From the NCBI GenBank assembly GCA_963724765.1, contig CAVRVY010000003.1, forward strand, positions 288,001 through 352,000: DNA of 64,000 bases, in the 5' to 3' direction. Positions 38,600 to 49,405 of this stretch are shown here, piece after piece (position 1 is the stretch's first letter; each line of letters begins with the position of its first letter). Source of the stretch: an uncultured delta proteobacterium (GTDB lineage Bacteria > Desulfobacterota > Binatia > Binatales > Binataceae). Below the pieces are notes generated by a model, which was not told where the DNA came from, did no database searches, and worked only from the letters and a program-made list of their open reading frames with translations. The translations under genes were made by a program, and so were the position numbers.

Positions 38600-41500
38600 C
38601 TAGTCCAGGATTTCAACGCGCTCGAGCCGCGCATAGAACAACTCATACACACATGGTACGAGAACGAGCGTGAGTATCGTGGAAACGATGAGGCCGCCGA
38701 CGGCGGCGCGAGCCAAGGGCGCCGAGGCTTCGGAACCCTCGCCCAGTTTGAGCGCAATCGGCATCAGCCCGGCAACCGTCGCCAGCGCTGTCATTAGGAT
38801 AGGTCGCATGCGAATCCGCGCCGATTCGACCACGGCGCGCCGCAGAGGCTGATTCTGCTTGCGCCGTTCGTTGGCGAAGTCGACGAGCAGAATCGAGTTC
38901 GAAACCACGATACCGACCATCACGATGATTCCCATGAACGACTCGATGTTGAGCGTCGTATTAGTCGCCCAAAGCGTCCAGATCACACCGATCAGCCCCA
39001 TCGGAACAGCGAACATGATAATTAAAGGGTCCAAAAACGATCCGAATTGCGCGACCATTACCAGGTAAAGCAGGACCACTGCCAGCGATAGTCCAAACCC
39101 GAAACTCGAAAATGAGGCATGCATGGCGGCCACCGATCCGCGATAGTTTATCGTGACTCCCCGGGGCAGACTTAGCCGGGCCAGCGCCTTCTCGATCGCG
39201 GTTTGAGTTCCGCCCAGGTCCTGGCCGCTGGGCGATACCAGCAGATCGACCGTGCGCTGAATGTTGTAGTGGTCAGCTTCGGACGGATGGTACTCGGGGA
39301 CAACCGACGCCACGTCACGCAGCAAGAGGCTTTGTGCGTGGCCGGTTTCGCGCGGGTTGCTCTGTACGGGGATGTCCTCCACTGCTCCCAGAGAATTAAA
39401 ACCATTGTCCGCCCCAAGATACTGAACCGTCAGGAAGTAATCGTTGTTATTCGTACGATCTATCCAGATAGAAGGCTTGATGTAGAGGTTGGAATTCAGC
39501 GCGGTTATCACGTTGGAGATAATGTCTTTTTGGCTGATACCCAAACGAGCCGACCTAATCCGGTCAACCTGGATATTCAGCGTAGGATACTGGGACTCCT
39601 GCTGAATGAAGGTCTGAGAGACTTGAGGAAGACCGTCAACCGCTTCTCGTGCCTCGTCGGCGGCTTTGTATAAGGAAGTGAATTGGCCTCCAGCAAATTG
39701 CACGTCGATCGGCGCCATCATTCCAAAGCTGAGAACCGCGTCGATGATGCTGCCCGAGGAAAAGAGGGTGCGTACCTCGGGCAGGTCATGCGCTAGCAGC
39801 TTCTTCAGGCGCTCGACGTAATATGCGGTAAGCCTTTGATGTCCTTCCTTGAGTGCGACTTCGAGAAAGCCCGAGTCTTCCGCCGCGTTCGGCGAGTAAA
39901 TGGCGGAGATGCTGGGAGCGAGGCCGATATTGGAGACCACCATGTCGAGATCGCTTGACGGAATCGTCCTGCGTATCTCTGCCTCGATCTTGTGCGCCAA
40001 CTCGGTGGTGAGTTCAAGGCGCGTGCCCGCCGGAGCCCGGAAGTTGATAGTGAAGGTTCCCGCGTCAGTTTCGGGAAACAGTTCGGTCCCGAGCAAGGGA
40101 TAAATTGCCATACTCCCAACGAAGAGGATCGTGACAGCGGCGATAACCGGGAACTTGTGGTTTAGGGCCCGCTCCAGAACGTGTTCGTAACTTAGTGCGA
40201 ACCGCTCGTACGCGCGGTTGAACGTCCCCAGCGGCCCTCGGCCCTGACCATGTTCTGCCGCCGTTGCTTGGGCCGCGGAGAGAAAACGAGTGCAATAAAT
40301 GGGTATCACACTCATCGCGACCAGGTACGAGGCGGTCATGGAGAGCACCACGGCCAGTGCCAGGGCACTGAAGAGATACTTCGCCACCCCGAACAGAAAC
40401 ATCACCGGAAAGAACACGATGCAGGTAGTGACTGTGGAGGCGAGCACGGGAAGCGCGACCTCTTCGGCGCCGTCGCGTGCGGCCTCGTCCGAGGGCTTGC
40501 CCTTCGCCAGATGGCGATTGATGTTCTCGAGCACGACGACCGAGTCGTCGACCAATCGGCCAATCGCCAGTGCAAAGCCGCCCAAAGTCATGATGTTGAT
40601 GGTCGAGCCATTCATATACAGACCGAACGCTCCGGCCAGGATCGAAAGCGGAATCGATAGAAAAATCGCGAACGTAGACCGAAAACTGCCGAGGAAGATT
40701 AGAATCATCAGCGAGGCCAGCACCGAGCCTGATACCGCCTCGTGTTCCAGGCTCTCTACCGCCTGTCTGATGTAGGTGGACTGGTCGAAAATTGTCTTGA
40801 GCTTCATTCCGGGCGGCAACCCAAAGACCTTGGGCAGCATCTTCTTGATCCCATCCACCACCGAAATGGTGTTGGCGCCCACCTGGCGCAGCACCGGAAT
40901 GTAAACCGACGGCTGCCCGTTAATCAGCACTTTGTTGTATTGAATCTGCGATGAGTCATCGACCCGCGCCACATCCCGAATCAACACCGGCGCCTGACCG
41001 CGACCGACTTTCACAGGCACTGAGCCGATCCTCTGGATCTTTTCGATCATGCTATTGGAATAAATGTAGTAATCCTTAGCGCCGATCTTCACGTCGCCGG
41101 CCGGCAGGATCAGGTTGGAGTTGTCAAGCGCGTGCACCACATTCATCAGGGATAGCCCGCGCGCCTGTAGCGCCTGCGCGTCAGCGTACACCATCACCTG
41201 GCGAAACTTGCCGCCGAACGGGATCGGCACCGAAGCTCCCGGCACCGTGGCGAGTTGATTGCGGATGTTGTAGCGGGCCTGATCCTCAATCTGGGCCTCG
41301 TTGTACCCCTCACCCTCCGCCGTCACCAGCACAACCGGCAGCGAAGAAGCGTCGTACTGCAACACCAACGGGGGCAGAGTCCCAGGCGGCATGATCCCCA
41401 GGTCCGCCATCGCCAACGTCCCCATCTGGGCTGCCGCCGCCTCGATGTCGGTGCCCGGCTGGAAAAACACCTTGATGATACTCACGCCCGACAGCGAGCG

Positions 41501-41740
41501 CGATTCCACATGCTCGATGTTGCTGCCGAGCGTGAAGAAGCGCTCATAGCGGAAGGTGATGTTGTCCTCCATGTCCAGCGGCGGCATTCCCTGGTAAAAG
41601 GTCGCCACCACCACCGCCGGAATCTTTATGTTGGGGAAGACGTCGACCGGCATCCGCATGAATGCCGTTACGCCCAGTATAACCACTATCAGCGCTCCGA
41701 CGATTATTGTGTACGGATTACGCAGCGAAAAACTTGGCAC
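38600..41740 (-). CDS. RND efflux permease (AcrB/CzcA family)
   Basis: 1046 aa; GRLVDDSVVVLENI, RMRPILMT. Confidence 0.95.
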   Translation of the reverse strand: MPSFSLRNPYTIIVGALIVVILGVTAFMRMPVDVFPNIKIPAVVVATFYQGMPPLDMEDNITFRYERFFTLGSNIEHVESRSLSGVSIIKVFFQPGTDIEAAAAQMGTLAMADLGIMPPGTLPPLVLQYDASSLPVVLVTAEGEGYNEAQIEDQARYNIRNQLATVPGASVPIPFGGKFRQVMVYADAQALQARGLSLMNVVHALDNSNLILPAGDVKIGAKDYYIYSNSMIEKIQRIGSVPVKVGRGQAPVLIRDVARVDDSSQIQYNKVLINGQPSVYIPVLRQVGANTISVVDGIKKMLPKVFGLPPGMKLKTIFDQSTYIRQAVESLEHEAVSGSVLASLMILIFLGSFRSTFAIFLSIPLSILAGAFGLYMNGSTINIMTLGGFALAIGRLVDDSVVVLENINRHLAKGKPSDEAARDGAEEVALPVLASTVTTCIVFFPVMFLFGVAKYLFSALALAVVLSMTASYLVAMSVIPIYCTRFLSAAQATAAEHGQGRGPLGTFNRAYERFALSYEHVLERALNHKFPVIAAVTILFVGSMAIYPLLGTELFPETDAGTFTINFRAPAGTRLELTTELAHKIEAEIRRTIPSSDLDMVVSNIGLAPSISAIYSPNAAEDSGFLEVALKEGHQRLTAYYVERLKKLLAHDLPEVRTLFSSGSIIDAVLSFGMMAPIDVQFAGGQFTSLYKAADEAREAVDGLPQVSQTFIQQESQYPTLNIQVDRIRSARLGISQKDIISNVITALNSNLYIKPSIWIDRTNNNDYFLTVQYLGADNGFNSLGAVEDIPVQSNPRETGHAQSLLLRDVASVVPEYHPSEADHYNIQRTVDLLVSPSGQDLGGTQTAIEKALARLSLPRGVTINYRGSVAAMHASFSSFGFGLSLAVVLLYLVMVAQFGSFLDPLIIMFAVPMGLIGVIWTLWATNTTLNIESFMGIIVMVGIVVSNSILLVDFANERRKQNQPLRRAVVESARIRMRPILMTALATVAGLMPIALKLGEGSEASAPLARAAVGGLIVSTILTLVLVPCVYELFYARLERVEILD

Positions 41741-41850
41741 TGAACAATCCCTTCGACGAGCGCGGCGTGCAGCCGCGCAAGACTATAGCTCGACCAGATC
41801 GCACACGGCGCTTGCGCCCGATGATGCGGCTCAGGAGTCCGAAAGGCTGC

Positions 41851-42204
41851 TCAGATGAGCGGATATTCGCTGTCAGCGCGGGAAGGGATACGTCTGAGGG
41901 GCCAGATGAATCGTCGGTCCTCGCGAGAGAACGCTCTCGAAACGTTAGTGGAACGAACGATTCGAGCCACTAGGCACACTACGACTGGCTCGAAGTTTGA
42001 AGCCTTATACGCCTTGCGTAAAGTAGCGTCTTCGTCGACCGAAGCGTCATTCACGAACCGGTGGGGACCCTCCAGATTTCTTTGTTGAACTGGTCGCCAC
42101 TTCGGCGTTGCATGGGGAAGCCGCAATCTCGGCACCAACACCACGATGCTTGCCAATGCAAGAATCGCGGCCAGCAGTCCAAGGTGTTGCCTTCGTCGAT
42201 TCAT
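41851..42204 (-). CDS. Small membrane-anchored uORF upstream of the RND operon
   Basis: N-terminal TM; C-terminal LRRIPSRADSEYPL. Confidence 0.5.
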   Translation of the reverse strand: MNRRRQHLGLLAAILALASIVVLVPRLRLPHATPKWRPVQQRNLEGPHRFVNDASVDEDATLRKAYKASNFEPVVVCLVARIVRSTNVSRAFSREDRRFIWPLRRIPSRADSEYPLI

Positions 42205-42296
42205 GACGCCCGATTATTTCTAGCTGTTAGCTCCCCGAGAAACCAAAATGCAAGTCCCTGATCGCATGTAGGCCCTCCTGAAGCATACTAACAAAT

Positions 42297-42842
42297 CTAC
42301 CGCGTGCCTCGTTTGACTCCACGATGAAACCACCGATGAACGCGGCCATCAGCCCCGCTATCTCTGTACTCGTCTTTGTGGCTATCGGGCACCATCGTGT
42401 CGGAAGACACGCGATCCGCTTCAATGGATGCACTAATGGCGTCTCTCTTGTGAGCAGTAGCCGTCTCCAATTCCGCCTGACAATCCACGCAATGGAGCGC
42501 TGTCGGCATCGCGCGCAGCCGCTCGAACGAGATCCTGTCTCCACATGCTTCACAAATGCCGTAACGGCCATGCTCTAAACGCTCGAAGGCGCTACAAATC
42601 GCGGCGAGCCGCCTTTCTGACATCTCGATGAAACTCACATGCAGGTCCATCTCCTCGTGCTGTCGGGCCTCGTCCAACTGATCGCCCGGAATCGGAGCCT
42701 TCTGCTCGATCTCGCTGAGCACAAGCTGCCTCAGTCTTCGAAGCTCCTGGTCACGCGATCTCTGCAACATGCTCTTCAATGTCCTGGTGTAATTTGGTGG
42801 AGGAACTTGAGTCTGCGTCGTGGGCAAATTTCTTCCTAACAT
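42297..42842 (-). CDS. DksA/TraR C4-type zinc-finger protein
   Basis: GDQLD; YGICEACGDRISFERLRAMPTALHCVDCQ; GAGG RBS. Confidence 0.9.
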   Translation of the reverse strand: MLGRNLPTTQTQVPPPNYTRTLKSMLQRSRDQELRRLRQLVLSEIEQKAPIPGDQLDEARQHEEMDLHVSFIEMSERRLAAICSAFERLEHGRYGICEACGDRISFERLRAMPTALHCVDCQAELETATAHKRDAISASIEADRVSSDTMVPDSHKDEYRDSGADGRVHRWFHRGVKRGTR

Positions 42843-42987
42843 GATCCTCTTCCTTCTGGCTTCGCGGCCACAAAAACGTGTTCAAATGGCTGACGCCTGA
42901 CCGCGCTGAACGGCCAGCCTCAGCCGGAGCCACGACGCCGCCAAACAAAATAGCGGTTCGCTTCAGCCGGGATTTGTTGGAAGAGAA

Positions 42988-43332
42988 CTAGTGGACGTCG
43001 TCGGGCCCAGGGGGCGGAATTCTACGGTGGACGAGCCCGCATTTATTGGGTAACGTCTTCATGATGACCCGCTCGAATCGCGGGCGTGCTAGCGGGATTT
43101 GGGAGGCCAAGCAGCTGAATTCGAGAGCAGCGGTCGCTCGAACGTCGGGGCTTCTGCTGCCCACTTCCTCCCGGATGTGTCGCGTGAGCTTCTGATATTT
43201 AATCGCTACCGACGGCTGCGGGCTGAAGGAGAGCGATTCCATAGGGCGGATGGTTCGTGCGAACGTGAAGACGCAAAACAAAATCGCGATTAGCGAGGAG
43301 TATCTTCCGAAATTGCTGTCACGCCCTAGCAT
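42988..43332 (-). CDS. Small membrane-anchored uORF upstream of the dksA-like gene
   Basis: N-terminal hydrophobic segment; C-terminal HRRIPPPGPDD. Confidence 0.5.
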   Translation of the reverse strand: MLGRDSNFGRYSSLIAILFCVFTFARTIRPMESLSFSPQPSVAIKYQKLTRHIREEVGSRSPDVRATAALEFSCLASQIPLARPRFERVIMKTLPNKCGLVHRRIPPPGPDDVH

Positions 43333-43755
43333 TTTTCGGCCGCTCTACTGCCCATCGAATTTGAACCGCCTAACCTCACACAATCTCCGTGAAGTATAGC
43401 CGTCGGACCAATGGTGTCAAACGAATACCATTCCGGGCGCAGGCCACCCCGCATCAGGTGTTTCAAAAGTATGTGCTGCAGCACAGACAAGCGGCCCTCC
43501 AGCCTCACCGCAAGGCGGGGTCCGAGGTTACTGATCATGGTCGCCCGCGTTCGTACCCAACCCAGTCGTCGCGCCTTGCGAAGGAGATACGACTGAGACG
43601 CCACCGGGCCTGCGGCACCTCGCAGTCCCCCCTGCTTGAGCGGCCTTCACGGCTCCCTTAACGCAGCTACGCACAAGCGTTGTGCGGCCGTCAAGAGAGA
43701 ACATTGACTGGCCCCCTGATCGCAGTTTGACTCCTTTCGAGACGGGAAGGCTCTA

Positions 43756-44565
43756 TCACTTCTTCCAGAACGGATCGTTCGTCGCGTCAGGCAGATGTTT
43801 GGGATCGAACAACGGCGCGGGCGCTTGCTTGTCGTATTTCACGCTCGTCACATCGATCTCACTACTGCCGCCCGACTGCACATCGTCCATAACGATCTTC
43901 ATGATGGTGGGTATCTTGTCAATTGTTGTGATCTTTTCGAAGTGCTCGGACTTGAATAGCTTGCCATCGACGTCGTCCAAATCGCGCTCGAGCGGCAGAT
44001 CCGTATCGACGGCGACCCAAGTAACAACTTTTGAGTAGTAAGGATTATTAGCCAGGTCCTCTTCCAGCTTATAGGCCTTCACGCCGTCGTGAACCTCGAT
44101 CCCGTCCAGTTTCTCATGGCCGCCGAAGCGGATGAAGCTCAAATCTTCGTATGTGAAGTCGGTTCCGAAGAAGGGTTCGTAGCCGGCGACTGGCGTGATC
44201 TCGCGCACGCGGCGAACTGCCGGCAGATATGAGTATTCGGCAACCTTTATGCCAGGCCGCTGCTTGGCCAGAAAAGCGATGCCCCTGGCGTCCGCCGGCT
44301 TGAGCACCACGGTCAGCATCCAATCGGCGTCGTTCACGTGCGCGCGCGCCTGCCCAAGCGTCCATTGAGTGGCGAAACCACCATTGCTGTTGACCTTCAA
44401 TGTCATCATGCGCACGCTGGGACGCACGGGCTCCAGCGTCTGCTTCATGCGATTTACAATTGAAGCTGCGTCCGGCGCTGCCGCCAGTGCGTGAGCCCTA
44501 GTTGAGAATGCGAAAACAACAAGCAGAAGAATTGCTGCCGCGACGGCTACAACGCGTCCCAACAT
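43756..44565 (-). CDS. Outer-membrane lipoprotein-sorting (LolA-like) protein
   Basis: PADARGIAFL, YLPAVRRVREI, FFGTDFTYEDL. Confidence 0.85.
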   Translation of the reverse strand: MLGRVVAVAAAILLLVVFAFSTRAHALAAAPDAASIVNRMKQTLEPVRPSVRMMTLKVNSNGGFATQWTLGQARAHVNDADWMLTVVLKPADARGIAFLAKQRPGIKVAEYSYLPAVRRVREITPVAGYEPFFGTDFTYEDLSFIRFGGHEKLDGIEVHDGVKAYKLEEDLANNPYYSKVVTWVAVDTDLPLERDLDDVDGKLFKSEHFEKITTIDKIPTIMKIVMDDVQSGGSSEIDVTSVKYDKQAPAPLFDPKHLPDATNDPFWKK

Positions 44566-45057
44566 ACTTGCCTCCTTGCGTGAACATTTAATAGGACTTT
44601 AATCTAACGATTGCATCGCCGCTAAGTGTTGCTCAGCCTCCCTCTGGACTTGAGACGATCCGAACCTGTAGGTCATTCAATAGCAGCAGCGAGGTTTATG
44701 GACCAATAGCGGAGAGGTTTATTGGCAGCCTCATGCTGCCTCTGGTCGATTCGCCATTCACACGCTTATAAGTTCGAACCTTGGCAAATCCGAGCATTTC
44801 AAGATCCATCTTACGGCGGGACATAGCACTAAAGTTAGCGGCGGAAGGCATTCGGCCATCGACTCTTCGATTCGTTCCATCAATGAACGTTTCTGCCATC
44901 GTCGGAGGTCTATCTGGTCAGGGCCTCCATGTCTTTGAAGCCGAGCTGGCGGCACGCGCAAGTACCCCAGAAGACACGGTTTTTGTTCCTCACATAACCT
45001 TCCATTTGCCTTGATCGCTGCATAGAGCATAGGGTTGTTGTTCCTCAAGGTGCAATT

Positions 45058-45921
45058 TTGAATGAGACTAGAAATCTGCCAGACAGTGACCTCGACAAGC
45101 TGACCCGCCTCAAGGCTCTGTCGTGGCTTTCCGCTGCTGAGCTCGGATTGCTGGCCGGAGCGCTGACACTCGCCAACTTCAATCGGTCCCAAATAATCCT
45201 CCACGAAGCGGCGCTCGCATCTGAAGCGCACATCCTATTAAAAGGTATCGCACGCATCACGTGCCAGAACGCCCGCGGCGAACGGGTGACCATCGCCCTG
45301 CTTCCACCGGGTCCGCTGCCCGAGTTTCCTGCGCTGCCATTTAACCGGTTCGATTTTCGGTGCGAGGCTTACGATGATTGCAGAGTCGGCAGCGTGAGCT
45401 GGAGCGATTTCGAACGTATCGCTGCGCATCGCTCCGAATCGGTCTTCAAGATTTTTCATGCGAACGATTTGCAACAGTGCTACCGGCTGCTGCTGCGCAG
45501 CTCCAGTCTTCTCAACCTCGATCTTCACGAACGAATCGCGATTACGCTGCTCGAACTGGCTTCCGACTTCGGAATCAAAGAGTCGCGCGGCGCGCTGCTG
45601 CGAGCATCGTTCAGCCATCAGGACATTGCCGATCTCGTCGGCGCTTCGCGGCCCAGAGTCACCGAACACCTGGCGCAATTGGAGCGTGAGCACTTGGTCA
45701 TTCGTCAAGGCCGGCACCTGATTGTGCGCGTGGATGAAATCGGAAATGCAGTCACGGTCCCGGCGTCGAACGGACTTGGCGCACAACCACACCCACTCGG
45801 GAAAGAAAAACCGCTCTTCGCAGCGTCAAACAGGACCGGTTGGTCGGGCGCCAAACCCACGCGTCGAGTTGGGCACGGGCATGATAGGTCTGCCGCGGCC
45901 CTCATGGGCGCCCGTAGCTGA
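45058..45921 (+). CDS. Crp/Fnr-family transcriptional regulator
   Basis: CNBD-like N-terminus; SHQDIADLVGASRPRVTEHL HTH. Confidence 0.85.
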   Translation: MNETRNLPDSDLDKLTRLKALSWLSAAELGLLAGALTLANFNRSQIILHEAALASEAHILLKGIARITCQNARGERVTIALLPPGPLPEFPALPFNRFDFRCEAYDDCRVGSVSWSDFERIAAHRSESVFKIFHANDLQQCYRLLLRSSSLLNLDLHERIAITLLELASDFGIKESRGALLRASFSHQDIADLVGASRPRVTEHLAQLEREHLVIRQGRHLIVRVDEIGNAVTVPASNGLGAQPHPLGKEKPLFAASNRTGWSGAKPTRRVGHGHDRSAAALMGARS

Positions 45922-46029
45922 CCTGTCCCTCGAAGCGTATTACTTGAATTGGTCGGGCCGTGACGCGTCGCAATTTGGCATGGTGCCACGCTGCGAAGGA
46001 CTCGCTTTAGGTCGATGCCAGCGGCCTGA

Positions 46030-46530
46030 TTGCTCAAAAGGTCCGCCAAACTTGCGACCTTCTGCGCGGTCCCGGCAACTATCGCGACGCAGTACCAGGT
46101 TTTGAGCAGCGACAGCAGTCAAAGAACGCCGAATTCTACATCCACGCCGGTGCACGTGACGGAAAAGTCGTTCGCGGCGATTGAAGCCGCCGTCGGCGGG
46201 GCATGCCGACGGTTTGGCGACGCCGCCACTTCAGGCGGCACGATTTACCAGCAGCCTTCGACCGGACCGCAGGGACCGCTTTTGCCTGGGCCTGGATTCA
46301 GCTTCAACGACTACTTTGAGAGCCATGCGATCATGGGAACGCCGCAATTCTGCGTCGACAAAATCGTGGACTGGTGGCAGCGCCTTCATTTCATCCATCT
46401 GACCTGCATGTTCAATTTTGGTCTGCCGCATACATTGGTGATGGAGAATATGGAGCTTTTCGCGCGCAGCGTAATGCCGAGCATACGCGACCTGGACGCG
46501 CGACCCGCTGGCACGCGGGCGTTGTCCTGA
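46030..46530 (+). pseudogene. LLM-class flavin monooxygenase C-terminal fragment
   Basis: AIMGTPQFC...NFGLPH..VMENMELFARSVMP; N-terminal barrel absent. Confidence 0.6.
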
Positions 46531-46554
46531 TTCTTTAGCAGGAAGGGATTCAGA

Positions 46555-46950
46555 ATGGCTATCAAGAAAGAAATTTTCAACATGGGTATGCCGTGGGAAT
46601 CGGGTTATGGCTACTCACAGGCAGTCAAGGTTAACGACACAATCTATGTCTCCGGGCAGGTCGACCACGACGAGACGGGGAAAATCCTCAACCCCGGCGA
46701 TATGGAAGGACAGATGCGGCAGGCCTATGCAAACGTTAAGCGGGTTCTCGCCCACTTCGGCGCGACGATGGACAATGTCGTGGATGAGATCTTGTTTGTC
46801 GTTGACATGGAGTCCGCGATGAAGGCACGCGGCCGCCTGAAAGGTGAGGTTTTCGGACAAAGCATACTGCCCGCGGCGACTATAGTTCAGATCCAGCGCC
46901 TGGCACTGACTGGTTTCATGGTTGAGATTCGTATTATAGCTAGAGTCTAA
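46555..46950 (+). CDS. RidA/YjgF-family protein
   Basis: GYSQAVKV..IYVSGQ, PAAT, VEI. Confidence 0.9.
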   Translation: MAIKKEIFNMGMPWESGYGYSQAVKVNDTIYVSGQVDHDETGKILNPGDMEGQMRQAYANVKRVLAHFGATMDNVVDEILFVVDMESAMKARGRLKGEVFGQSILPAATIVQIQRLALTGFMVEIRIIARV

Positions 46951-47055
46951 ATAATTTGTATCCTCTATTTACCTGGACTGGCTGGAAGACGAACCACTAG
47001 AAGATCATCTGCCCACAAACGTTAGCGGCGTCGCTTGAGGTGCGGAGCACGAGCC

Positions 47056-47490
47056 ATGGCGGAAAAAGCAACCGGTGGAACAGGCGGCTGCCTGTGCGGA
47101 GCGGTTCGGTACCGATACGAAGGCGAGCCGACGGCAGTCGGGCTGTGCCAGTGTGAACGCTGCCAACGGCAGTCAGGATCTGCATTCCTGATCGGTGTGG
47201 TTTTCCCAAGAGAGGCAGTGACAATTGAGGGAAAGCTGGCTAGCTATGAAACCGATGCTGTGAGTGGCCAGCGGCTGCGGCGGCACTTTTGTCCGGTCTG
47301 CGGATCGGCAGTGTCGATCACCCTTGACAGATATCCTGAGATTCGCTCGATGATGGGCGGGACGCTGGACGACAGGGACAAGATCAACCCCACCTTCAGT
47401 ATCTGGTGCTCCAGCGGACAACGATGGCTCAAACTACCGGAGAGCATTGCCTGCTATGCGGAATATCCAGAGAGAACGTTTGGCGGTTAA
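47056..47490 (+). CDS. GFA family (glutathione-dependent formaldehyde-activating) protein
   Basis: GGCLCGAVRY, CQCERCQR, RHFCPVCGS. Confidence 0.9.
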   Translation: MAEKATGGTGGCLCGAVRYRYEGEPTAVGLCQCERCQRQSGSAFLIGVVFPREAVTIEGKLASYETDAVSGQRLRRHFCPVCGSAVSITLDRYPEIRSMMGGTLDDRDKINPTFSIWCSSGQRWLKLPESIACYAEYPERTFGG

Positions 47491-47621
47491 CGAAGGCGCC
47501 GCCGGCTTGTGCGCGTGACGCGCGTCGAACAATCGTACCATCGCGACAACAGCGGCAGATTTGCAAAACCGGATCAAATAAACGAACATACGAGCCTCCA
47601 TAAAAGGAGAGGTTATTGCTG

Positions 47622-47864
47622 ATGGCGAAGCCAGTGTTGAGGGGTAATAGGAGCGTCGACCGCTCTACGATTACGGCGCTTGCACGATATGCGGGCCTGA
47701 ACCTTCCGGAAGATCGAGTGGTCGCCCAATTGGAGTTCCTCAAATCTCAGGTTGATTTCCTGAACGAGGTCGATCGTGAGCTGAAGCTGGGTTTCCAGCT
47801 GGACGACGTCTATCATGTGGTGCCGCCAGCTTATGTATTTCACAATCCGCCGCCGAAAGGCTGA
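47622..47864 (+). CDS. Small amidase accessory protein (GatC/AtzG-like)
   Basis: LARYAGLNLPEDRV; lies directly upstream of the amidase; AGGAG RBS. Confidence 0.55.
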   Translation: MAKPVLRGNRSVDRSTITALARYAGLNLPEDRVVAQLEFLKSQVDFLNEVDRELKLGFQLDDVYHVVPPAYVFHNPPPKG

Positions 47865-47911
47865 TCACATCCAATTACCCTTAATCTGAAACCCACAAGG
47901 GAGAAATCGCC

Positions 47912-49327
47912 ATGGCAGGGCGCGATCTGCACTGGCTGACAATCACCGAAGCATCGAAGCTTCTGCAAGCGCGCGAGGTAAGCGCCACAGAGGTCCTCGA
48001 GGATACGCTCGAGTGGGTTAAGAGGACCGACCCGGTCACGCGCAACTTCGCCTACCTGGCGGAGAAGGAAGCTCGGGAAGAGGCCAAGCGCGCAGACGAA
48101 GAGATCGGGCGCGGCAATTACCGCGGCCCGCTTCACGGCATACCTTACACAGTCAAAGCCCTCATCAGCGTGGCGGGCGCCCCGATGGCGTGGAACTCCA
48201 AGCTGTACGCAGATTGGTCACCCAAGAAGGACGCTGAGGTGGTGCGACGAATGCGTAATGCCGGCGGCGTCCTGCTGGGCAAGGTACATACGCACGAGTT
48301 TGCCTGGGGCGTCACCACGCCGCCAACCCGCAACCCCTGGGATGGCCGCTCTGTCAGCGGTGGCTCCAGCGGGGGCTCGGGTTCGTCGATTGCGGCGGGA
48401 CAGGGAATGGCCTCGTGGGGCACCGACTGTGGATGCTCGGTTCGGAATCCCTCTGCGCTGAACGGCTGCGCTGGAATGCGCGTGACGCAGGGCCGGGTGT
48501 CGGCAAGCGGCGTGGTGCCGCTCTCACTAACCATGGATACGGTCGGGCCCCTGGCGCGTACTGTGCGCGACCTGGGACTGATGCTGAACGGGGTCGCCGG
48601 TTATGACTCCAATGATCACTTCAGCGTCGATGCGCCGACGATGGATTTCACGGCCAAGCTCGGCAGAGACCTCAAGGGAATGAAGCTCGGCGTCCCCAGG
48701 GAGTATTTCTTCGATCACATGGAGCCCGCGGTTAAGCGGCTGGTAGAAGACGGAATCGGCCAGTTGGAGAAACTCGGGATGGAGATGCGGGAGGTCAAGT
48801 TCCCGCACGTCAAATACACTGCAGGGACCTTCATCGGTATCGTGGTGGCCGAGTCGGCCGCCAACCATGACGAATGGCTCAACGAGCGCGCCGCCGAGCT
48901 CGGAATCGACGTCCGGAATTTTACCGAAATGGGCAATCTGTTGCTGGCCAAGGACTACATTCGCAGCAACCAGATCCGTACTCTGATTCGTCAGGATTTT
49001 CTCGACGCCTTCCGCGACGTCGACGTAATCGTTACCCCAACCGTGGCAGCGACCGCCAAGCCGCCCAAGGACCATCCGATCTTCATCAACGTCCAGTACC
49101 CCGACGGCTTTAGCGAAGACGTGATATGGGCGTACTGCAGGTTCACGATGCCGATGAGTCTGGCGAGCACACCATGTTGCATCGTGCCGTGCGGGTTCAG
49201 CGATGACGGGATGCCGACCGCATTGCAGATTGCCGCGAAACCGTACGAAGAGGCGACCGCCCTCCAGGTAGGCTTCGCTTACGAGCAAGCGACTGATTGG
49301 CACACGAAGCGCCCTCCGATTGGATAG
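47912..49327 (+). CDS. Amidase signature family enzyme
   Basis: GPLHGIPYTVK, GGSSGGS, GTDCGCSVRNP. Confidence 0.92.
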   Translation: MAGRDLHWLTITEASKLLQAREVSATEVLEDTLEWVKRTDPVTRNFAYLAEKEAREEAKRADEEIGRGNYRGPLHGIPYTVKALISVAGAPMAWNSKLYADWSPKKDAEVVRRMRNAGGVLLGKVHTHEFAWGVTTPPTRNPWDGRSVSGGSSGGSGSSIAAGQGMASWGTDCGCSVRNPSALNGCAGMRVTQGRVSASGVVPLSLTMDTVGPLARTVRDLGLMLNGVAGYDSNDHFSVDAPTMDFTAKLGRDLKGMKLGVPREYFFDHMEPAVKRLVEDGIGQLEKLGMEMREVKFPHVKYTAGTFIGIVVAESAANHDEWLNERAAELGIDVRNFTEMGNLLLAKDYIRSNQIRTLIRQDFLDAFRDVDVIVTPTVAATAKPPKDHPIFINVQYPDGFSEDVIWAYCRFTMPMSLASTPCCIVPCGFSDDGMPTALQIAAKPYEEATALQVGFAYEQATDWHTKRPPIG

Positions 49328-49405
49328 TAGAAGACGCCAGCGAGCGCTACGTTACCAGGTGACAATGTCGATCATTTCTGATGGAGCCGAGCTTAGGCAT
49401 CTAAA

